Source of the DNA: Methanobacteriota archaeon | Lineage (GTDB): Archaea > JAADCQ01 > Methanopyri > Methanopyrales > Methanopyraceae | Assembly: GCA_027064425.1 (NCBI GenBank) | Contig: JAMOPO010000003.1 | Span: forward strand, 100,607-164,606 | Direction: 5' to 3' | DNA: 64,000 bases | Shown here: one piece after another, positions 57,177-64,000 of the stretch | How the letters are laid out: each line of letters starts with the position of its first letter | Numbering within the stretch: position 1 is the stretch's first letter | The notes under the pieces: generated by a model | What the model was told of the DNA's origin: nothing | What the model saw: the letters and a program-made list of their open reading frames with translations, nothing else | The model's database searches: none | Made by a program: the position numbers and the translations under genes

Positions 57177-57198
57177 CGGAGGACGACCCCTTCCCGGG

Positions 57199-58014
57199 GT
57201 GTCGGGCTTGCGCAGGACGACGGTCGCGGTGCTGCTCGTGGCGGTGATCGTGCCGGCCACCGGGTACTCGTACCACCAGGTTAACTACGGTCGAGGCTAC
57301 GTGGAGCGGCCCGTCGTGACCTTCGGGGAGACGACCTGGCGCCACGCGGTCGGGCAGGCCATCCGGCTGTTCAACGCCGCGGGCGTGGACGTGTCCGGCG
57401 CTCACCGCGTGGTGGTGACCGCCGAGGAGACCAACCGGGTCGCCGCCAGGGTCACGGGCCGGCACTACACGCGGGACGAGATCTACAGCTGCGCCGCGGT
57501 GACGCCCTACGACCGCCCGCCGAGGGAGTACAAGGAGGTTGAGGGGTACCGGATCTACGTCGGCCCCGAGATCACGGTGTGCCGGCCCGAAACCTACGCT
57601 GAGGCGCTGGCGTCGGTCGGCGCCCCACCGTGCTCGGTCACCGTGAGGAGCCCCGTTCGGGCCACGGGAGAGGCCGCGCTGGCCGGCGTCTACAAGGCGC
57701 TCAGGGAGGCCGGGGTGCGGGTCTCCGACAAGGACGCCCAGTTCTCGCAGGCCGTGCTGGAGGCCGTGAAGTCCGCGGGCCGTGACCCCAGGAAGAGGGC
57801 GGCCGCCGCGATCGTGGTGGCCGTGTGCGTGTTCGAGGGGGAGGATAATCCTAAGGGGGCGGAGCAGGTGCAGCGTCGCGTAGAGGAGGCGTACGGCGTC
57901 CGGCTGCCCCCCGACACCGCGGTCAACGCGGCCCGCGCCGCCCGCCTGGCGAAGGAGGGAGCCGACTACTCCCGCTGGTGGCTCCTCAAGAGGCTCCTCG
58001 AGTACTGGCTCTAG
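57199..58014 (+). CDS. DUF1002 (YpuA-like) exported protein
   Basis: Signal/TM segment, VT.GE, VTAEE, YSCA, PETYAEAL...G and SPVRATGEAALAGVYKA. Confidence 0.7.
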   Translation: MSGLRRTTVAVLLVAVIVPATGYSYHQVNYGRGYVERPVVTFGETTWRHAVGQAIRLFNAAGVDVSGAHRVVVTAEETNRVAARVTGRHYTRDEIYSCAAVTPYDRPPREYKEVEGYRIYVGPEITVCRPETYAEALASVGAPPCSVTVRSPVRATGEAALAGVYKALREAGVRVSDKDAQFSQAVLEAVKSAGRDPRKRAAAAIVVAVCVFEGEDNPKGAEQVQRRVEEAYGVRLPPDTAVNAARAARLAKEGADYSRWWLLKRLLEYWL

Positions 58015-58028
58015 GGGGCGTCGCCCGC

Positions 58029-58880
58029 GTGCCCAAGTACGAGCCTCCGATCCCGGAGCTCGAGCTGAACCCGGAGGAGGAGGTGAAGCGGGTGGCCGAG
58101 TTCATCAAGTCGGTGTTCGAGGAGGCGGACCGCGACACCGCCGTGATCGGGCTGAGCGGCGGCGTCGACTCCTCGACCGCCCTGGGCCTGACCGTGGAGG
58201 CGCTGGGAAAGGGCAACGTGGTGGCCCTGATCCTGCCGGAGCGGGACACTCCTGAGTCGGACGTGGAGGATGCGATCGAGACGGCGGAGCGGTTCGGCGT
58301 GGAGTACCACGTTCAGGACATTACCCGGGTCCTCGAGGCGTTCGGCGCCGGGTCGTACGTTCCGTGCCGGGCGTTCAACCGCCGCAGCGACGCCAACCTG
58401 AAGCCGCGGGTGAGGATGTGCGTGCTCTACTACTTCGCCAACGAGCTCGAGGGGCTGGTCGTCGGGACGAGCAACCGGACGGAGTGGCTGACGGGCTACT
58501 TCACGCTCCACGGAGACGGGGCCTGCGACCTGGCCCCTATCCGGCACCTGTACAAGACGCAGGTTTACCAGGTGGCGGATCACCTCGGGGTGCCGAAGCG
58601 TATCGTCGAGGAGAAAGAGCCGTCGGCGCGACTGTGGCCGGGCCAGACCGACGTCGGTGAGCTGGGCATCGACTACTCGAAGCTGGACGCCATCCTCTAC
58701 GCGCTCGTGGAAGAGTCGCTGTCCCCGGAGCGGACGGTGGAGTGGCTGAGGGAGCGCGACGTGGAGGTTAATAAGGAGGAGGTCGAGGAGGTGCGCAAGC
58801 TGGTGATCAGCTCATCCTACAAGCGCCGGCTACCGCCGGGGCTCGACGTGCCGGAGCCGGAGGACCCAGCCCTATCCTAG
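58029..58880 (+). CDS. nadE: NH3-dependent NAD+ synthetase
   Basis: GLSGGVDSS, NLKPRVRM, GTSNRTE..GYFT.HGD and PSARLWPGQTD..ELG. Confidence 0.96.
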   Translation: MPKYEPPIPELELNPEEEVKRVAEFIKSVFEEADRDTAVIGLSGGVDSSTALGLTVEALGKGNVVALILPERDTPESDVEDAIETAERFGVEYHVQDITRVLEAFGAGSYVPCRAFNRRSDANLKPRVRMCVLYYFANELEGLVVGTSNRTEWLTGYFTLHGDGACDLAPIRHLYKTQVYQVADHLGVPKRIVEEKEPSARLWPGQTDVGELGIDYSKLDAILYALVEESLSPERTVEWLRERDVEVNKEEVEEVRKLVISSSYKRRLPPGLDVPEPEDPALS

Positions 58881-58895
58881 GGGACGCGGCGCGGC

Positions 58896-59276
58896 TTGGG
58901 TGGCGTGGCGGTGACGTTGGAGTTCGGCTGCGAGTTCGGGGCGAAGCTGTGGGTGGCGCAGCAGTACGCGTGCATGGCCGTGACCCTGGTGATCATCACC
59001 TTTCTGATCGGTCACGCCCGAATGTCCCTCCGGAACGGGGACCCGGACTGCGCTCTCGTATGCTTCGGGACGATGATGATGCTCGCCTCCACCGGCGTGC
59101 TCGGCCCGCTCACCACCCTAGTGCACCTGTACAGGCTGTTTCCGCACGTAAAGCTCGGGCTGTTCAAATGGTCGTTCATAGGCCTGCTCACCGCCGGCGT
59201 CGCCACCTTCACGCTCGGGATGCTCAACATCCTCTCTCGCCGTCCACCCCGCCCGTTCCGGGGCGAGGCACGTTGA
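58896..59276 (+). CDS. Uncharacterised three-TM membrane protein
   Basis: Three hydrophobic helices, TTGA overlap with the next ORF. Confidence 0.55.
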   Translation: MGGVAVTLEFGCEFGAKLWVAQQYACMAVTLVIITFLIGHARMSLRNGDPDCALVCFGTMMMLASTGVLGPLTTLVHLYRLFPHVKLGLFKWSFIGLLTAGVATFTLGMLNILSRRPPRPFRGEAR

Positions 59277-59989
59277 TCGGGACCCTGCTCGCGTCACACT
59301 GCTGTCCGCTCGCCGTCACGTGGGACATCGTCGCGGAGCTGATCGACCTTCTCCCTCCCACCATCAAGCTGGCGTGCTCAGGTCGAGAGCTGCGCGAGCT
59401 CTGCCTGGAGTCAGGCCGGGAGGTTGAGTGCGACCTCAAGGAACCGCGAGGGGACACGGTCCTGCTGATCGAGGAGGAGAACGTCGGCGGCGGTCTCAGG
59501 AGGGCGCTCTCCCGGGTGCGCACCGTGGTGGTCGTGACCGAGGATCCGTACGAGGCCTCGGCCGAGTACGGGGTGGTCGGCGTCGACGCGTCCCGGGTGT
59601 ACGTGCCCGTCGAGCGCCGGGGCGACCTGCTGGTCGTGCGATTCTCGTACTCCGGCTTCCTGTACAACATAGGGTTGAGGGACTCGGGTAAGTTCCCCGT
59701 CCCGCCGGACTACGACGCGCTTTACAACTCGCTCGCCGCCGAGATACCCCGCGTACGCACCATAGCCGAGCTGTCCAGGGTCTCGGGCTTCCACGAGGTG
59801 CCGGTCCGCCTCGCTCTCATTCACGGCTGGCTGAGGTGGGGAAGGAGCCACGTGCTTAGGCTGGAAGACTGGTTCCCGCCCGGAACGTCACCGATGGAGG
59901 ATCGGGCCTCACCCCGGGATCTCCTGGAGGGGCGCACGACGCTCCTCGTGACCGTTCCCGCCAGGTACCCCATAATCCCCTGGCCCTAG
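59273..59989 (+). CDS. Uncharacterised protein
   Basis: TTG 59273 overlaps the upstream stop. Protein-like composition, no motif recognised. Confidence 0.55.
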   Translation: MIGTLLASHCCPLAVTWDIVAELIDLLPPTIKLACSGRELRELCLESGREVECDLKEPRGDTVLLIEEENVGGGLRRALSRVRTVVVVTEDPYEASAEYGVVGVDASRVYVPVERRGDLLVVRFSYSGFLYNIGLRDSGKFPVPPDYDALYNSLAAEIPRVRTIAELSRVSGFHEVPVRLALIHGWLRWGRSHVLRLEDWFPPGTSPMEDRASPRDLLEGRTTLLVTVPARYPIIPWP

Positions 59990-59993
59990 CGGG

Positions 59994-61046
59994 GTGCCGT
60001 CCTTGGTCCTGCGCTCCAAGCACCTACCGTCGCTGCTGATAGAGGGGAAGGTTTCCGAGGACGTTGAGGAGGTGGTGGACGACCGCGGGAACCTCGACCT
60101 GGACAGGCTGGTGGACGAGTGCGTCGAGAGGCTGAATCCCGCCCCCGAGCTCAGGGATAAGGTGCGCGAGGCGGCGCTCGAGGCGTCGGAGCGCATCGGG
60201 TTCCCGATGGGTGAATCGGCCGAGTTCGATCTATGCCCGTGGCTGGCCCCGCGGGTGTTCTGGGACCGGCTGGAGGAGCTGTACGAGGGACGGCTGGAGT
60301 CGGAGCCCGCCTCGGACGCCGAGGTGGTCTTCATCTCGGTTCACCACCACAAGCGCGGGGTCTCGGACTACGTCTACAGGACTCTAGAGCGGTTCGAGCC
60401 GGAGGTGGTCTGCCTGGAGACCAGCCCCGCCGGCCTGGAGACGGCCCTTCACTACACCCTGTCCCCGCTCCCCCACGCGGGAATCGAGGTGATGGCGCGG
60501 ATCCCGACGAAGATGCTCCTCGGAGTCTACAGGGACGTGTACGGGGCGCTGGTGTACTGCGTGAGGACCGGGGCCGTGCCCGCGCCCGTGGACGTACCGG
60601 CATCGCTGCGCGCGGAGAAGATGCGAGACGATCCGGCCTCTCTCGAGGACCCCAGCGTCTTCGGGTTCGGGCGCGATGTGGATCAGGTGCTGGGACCGAC
60701 CGGGGAGCTGTTCTTCCTCGAGTATGAGCGCGTGGAACCCGCGCTGCGAGAGCTGGGGGAGAGGGTGCGAGAGAGCGTCCCGCTGCTGGCCTCGGAGGGT
60801 TTCGTTAAGTTCCATCTCTCGTACCGGGAGGACTACATGCTGAGCCGGATCGCGCAGCTCGCGAGCGAGTTCGACCGCGTAGCCGTCGTGGTAGGAGCCG
60901 TACACACGGCGGCGATGGAAGCGAAGTGGCGGAGGGAAGACTTCAGTTACCATGAGCTCGAGCCCGAGGAGTACAAAGGTGTGGAGTGGACGCTGTCCCC
61001 GGACTACAAACGGCACAAGTTGGTTGCAGAGGGTGAGTACCGGTGA
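59994..61046 (+). CDS. TraB/TIKI/ChaN-superfamily-like protein
   Basis: FISVHH, P.VVCLE, REDYM..RI and AVVVGAVH metal-site pattern. Confidence 0.6.
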   Translation: MPSLVLRSKHLPSLLIEGKVSEDVEEVVDDRGNLDLDRLVDECVERLNPAPELRDKVREAALEASERIGFPMGESAEFDLCPWLAPRVFWDRLEELYEGRLESEPASDAEVVFISVHHHKRGVSDYVYRTLERFEPEVVCLETSPAGLETALHYTLSPLPHAGIEVMARIPTKMLLGVYRDVYGALVYCVRTGAVPAPVDVPASLRAEKMRDDPASLEDPSVFGFGRDVDQVLGPTGELFFLEYERVEPALRELGERVRESVPLLASEGFVKFHLSYREDYMLSRIAQLASEFDRVAVVVGAVHTAAMEAKWRREDFSYHELEPEEYKGVEWTLSPDYKRHKLVAEGEYR

Positions 61047-61864
61047 TCGGAGTTATTGTCATCGGCGCGACGGGGCGGATGGGCAGAAGGGTCTGTCGAA
61101 TGGTGCTGGAGGATGACGAGATGGAGCTTGTGGGGGCCGTAGCCTCCCCGAGCTCGCCCCACCTGGGCCGCGATATAGGCCTTATCATCGGCCAGGAGAA
61201 GGCGGGGGTGGAGGTCGCTCCCCCGTCCGCGATCCCCAACCTGGCGGAGGAGGCGGATGTTGCCATCGACTTCACGGTCCGGGAGGCGGCGCTGGAGAAC
61301 ATCCCGGTGGCGGCAAAGGCCGGCCTGGACCTGGTCGTGGGCACGACGGGATTCAGCGAGGAGGAGTTGGATCGGCTCAAGCGGACCATCCTCGAGGCGG
61401 AGGTCTCGGCGGTAATCTCCCCGAACATGTCGCTGGGCGTCAATCTGCTCTTCGAGCTCACGCGGCAGTTGGCCCGCGTGCTCGGAGAGAATGGGTTCGA
61501 CTTTGAGATCGTGGAGGTTCACCACCGAAACAAGGTGGACGCGCCCAGCGGGACCGCGCTGAAGCTCGCGTCGATTATCGAGGAGGAGCTGGGTCGAGGG
61601 AAGAGAGTGTTCGGCCGGGAGGGTGAGACCGGGCCGCGCGAGGACGACGAGATCGGCGTCTTCGCGGTCCGAGGCGGCGAGGTCGTGGGGGACCACACGG
61701 TGATGGCGTTGGGGGAGTACGAGCGGATCGAGATCAAGCACCAGGCACTGTCCAGGGACGCGTTCGCGAAGGGAGCGCTGGTGGCGGCGAAGTTCGTGGT
61801 TGAGGCGCCGCCCGGGGTCTACGACATGCGCGACGCCCTGTTCCGCGGCTCTAAAGCCCCCTGA
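61043..61864 (+). CDS. dapB: 4-hydroxy-tetrahydrodipicolinate reductase
   Basis: [23 protein letters not shown] and [15 protein letters not shown]. Confidence 0.97.
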   Translation: MIGVIVIGATGRMGRRVCRMVLEDDEMELVGAVASPSSPHLGRDIGLIIGQEKAGVEVAPPSAIPNLAEEADVAIDFTVREAALENIPVAAKAGLDLVVGTTGFSEEELDRLKRTILEAEVSAVISPNMSLGVNLLFELTRQLARVLGENGFDFEIVEVHHRNKVDAPSGTALKLASIIEEELGRGKRVFGREGETGPREDDEIGVFAVRGGEVVGDHTVMALGEYERIEIKHQALSRDAFAKGALVAAKFVVEAPPGVYDMRDALFRGSKAP

Positions 61865-64000
61865 TCTCCAGGACCACCCCCGGCCTCACCTCCACGGCCC
61901 TGCCCTCGCCGCCCTTCACCCTCAGCTCCCACTCCACGTCCACGCACTCCTCGTCCAGCTCCACCTCCTCGCCGTCCACCTCGATGACCGCCTTGCCCTT
62001 CTCTCGGATCTCCCGGGCGACCTCCTCGCCGTGCTCCTCGATGTACTCCATGATCTTGCCCGTCAGCTCCCGGTAACGCGGGCCGATCACGTCCATCCGC
62101 GGCTCCACCTTAACCGGCACCTTCTCCAGCTCCGGCTCTCCCACCTCCACCTGAATTTCCTCGGCCCGGGTGGCACTGTACAGATCCGGTAGCGAGCGCT
62201 CGATGGCCCTCGCCAGCTCCTCGTCCTCGACGTAGATCGTGAGCCCCTCGAACTCGGCGCCCATTCGCAGCCCGGCGTCCGTCTTCGCCTTCCGCACCTC
62301 CGACACGATGGCTCGGAGCACCTCGCCCTGCTCCTCCACCTCCTCGTCGATCCACGACTCGTCAGCCTTCGGCCACTCCTGACGGTGGACGCTCTCATCG
62401 AACAGCCGGTGATACAGCTCCTCGGTCACGAAGGGCATGAACGGTGCCAGCAGCCGCAGCAACCCGTCCACGATCACCGTGAGCACGGCCTGGGCGGCCC
62501 GCTTCGACCCCTCGCCCAGCTCCTCCGGCCGGTACAGCCGCAGCTTGGCCATCTCCAGGTAGTCGTCCGCCAGCTCCTCCCACGCGAACTCCTCGATCGC
62601 CTTGATCGCGTCGTTGAACCGGTAGTTCTCCTCCAGACACTCGGTCACCTTCTTCACGAGCCGGTGGTACCGGGACAGAATCCACCGGTCCGCGGTCGTC
62701 AGCTCGTCCTCGACGTCCTCCGGGGAGAGCGACGTGTCGACGTAGTCCTTGACCAGCCGACAGATGTTCCACACCTTCTTCGCGAACCGGTAGCCGCGGC
62801 GGATCGTCTTGGTCATGTACTGCACGTCCGAACCCGGGGCGCCCGAGGACACGGCCCAGTACCGCAGAGCGTCCGCGCCGTACTCCTCGATCACCTCGGT
62901 CGGCTCCACCACGTTACCCCGCGACTTGCTCATCTTGTGACCGTCCTCGCCGAACACCATCCCGTTGATCAGGATCTCCCGGAACGGCTCGCTGTCCGCG
63001 TGGATCAGCGCGCGGACGGTCGTGTAGTAGAGCCACGTCCGAATGATGTCGTGACCCTGCGGGCGTAGATCTACGGGCAGCTCGGGCTCCTTGTCGGGCC
63101 ACCCCTGAACCACCAGCGGGGTGATGGAGCTGTCCATCCAGGTGTCCATCACGTCCGTCTCGGGCTCGAACTCCGTGCACCCGCACTCCGGGCACTCGTC
63201 CACGGGCGGATCGTCCTTGGTCGGATCGACCGGCAGCTGGTCCTTGTCCGCCGGGATCACCTTGCCGCACTCCTTGCAGTACCAGACCGGGATCGGCGTC
63301 GCGAAGACTCGCTGGCGGGAGATGCACCAGTCCCAGTCCATCGAGTCCGCCCAGTCCTCGAGCCGCTTGCGCATGTGCTCCGGGATCCACACCATCTTCC
63401 TCGCGGCCTTCTTCACCTCCTCCGCCAGGTCTCGGACGCGCACGAACCACTGCTCCTTGACCAGGATCTCGATCGGGGTCTTGCACCGCCAGCACACGCC
63501 CACGTTCTGCTTGATCTTCTCCCGGTCCTTCAGGTAGCCCTCCTCCTCCAGGGCCTTGACCACCGCCTCCCGCGCCTCCTCGACCTTCATCCCCGCGAAC
63601 TCACCGGCCACCTCCGTCATCCGGCCGCGCTCGTCGATGGCCTTCACGATCGGAAGGTCGTGCCGCTTGACCCAGGTCACGTCCTGCTTGTCACCGAACG
63701 TACAGATCATCACGATGCCCGTACCGAAGTCCGGGTCCACCTCCTCGTCGGCGATGACAGGTACCTCCCAGGGCACGTCCCGCTCGCCGAAGCGCTCGTG
63801 CAGCGGCACGACCAGCTTCTCGCCGATGAGGTCCTGGTACCGCTCGTCGTCCGGGTGCACGGCCACGGCCACACAGGCGGGGAGCAGCTCCGGCCGCGTC
63901 GTCGCGATCGTGACGGACCCGTCCCCGTCCGCGAGCGGGAACTCAATGTAGTTGAGGTAGGTCTCGCGGGTGACGTACTCCACCTCGGCGAAGGCGATGG
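61851..64000 (-). CDS. valS: Valyl-tRNA synthetase (N-terminus outside the window)
   Basis: [45 protein letters not shown] and KMSKSRGN. Confidence 0.97.
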   Translation of the reverse strand, partial: IAFAEVEYVTRETYLNYIEFPLADGDGSVTIATTRPELLPACVAVAVHPDDERYQDLIGEKLVVPLHERFGERDVPWEVPVIADEEVDPDFGTGIVMICTFGDKQDVTWVKRHDLPIVKAIDERGRMTEVAGEFAGMKVEEAREAVVKALEEEGYLKDREKIKQNVGVCWRCKTPIEILVKEQWFVRVRDLAEEVKKAARKMVWIPEHMRKRLEDWADSMDWDWCISRQRVFATPIPVWYCKECGKVIPADKDQLPVDPTKDDPPVDECPECGCTEFEPETDVMDTWMDSSITPLVVQGWPDKEPELPVDLRPQGHDIIRTWLYYTTVRALIHADSEPFREILINGMVFGEDGHKMSKSRGNVVEPTEVIEEYGADALRYWAVSSGAPGSDVQYMTKTIRRGYRFAKKVWNICRLVKDYVDTSLSPEDVEDELTTADRWILSRYHRLVKKVTECLEENYRFNDAIKAIEEFAWEELADDYLEMAKLRLYRPEELGEGSKRAAQAVLTVIVDGLLRLLAPFMPFVTEELYHRLFDESVHRQEWPKADESWIDEEVEEQGEVLRAIVSEVRKAKTDAGLRMGAEFEGLTIYVEDEELARAIERSLPDLYSATRAEEIQVEVGEPELEKVPVKVEPRMDVIGPRYRELTGKIMEYIEEHGEEVAREIREKGKAVIEVDGEEVELDEECVDVEWELRVKGGEGRAVEVRPGVVLEIRGL

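Overview
GC-rich, very gene-dense archaeal chromosome segment. It is almost certainly from a Methanopyrus species, inferred from the 13-hairpin ATP synthase subunit K, a tRNA gene with C at position 8, a pseudomurein-type Mur ligase and acidic proteins. Content is mostly core genes: SRP RNA (cut by the left edge), class I lysS, rps19, mvk, tRNA-Arg(TCG), DNA ligase, Rio2, polyferredoxin, tiaS, thermosome, a secF-secD-trkH-trkA-atpHIKECFA run, trmY, trm10, PCNA, signal peptidase, cobQ, trmI, a NifH/CfbC-family gene, nadE, dapB and partial valS. There are also five radical SAM genes and several orphans. I saw no CRISPR array, integrase or transposase. The main signals not explained by standard annotation are: (1) a recurring 19-bp intergenic palindrome CGTTACG-N5-CGTAACG, usually after a C-rich tract downstream of a gene; (2) a ~90-nt four-way-junction RNA candidate with its own TATA-like box between sec11 and cobQ; (3) four genes that appear to start at CTG; (4) a period-3 Gln-to-Arg change in the ion-binding motif of the 13-repeat rotor; (5) an RPA3-like OB-fold gene directly upstream of PCNA. 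All family calls come from manual motif recognition, with no database searches.
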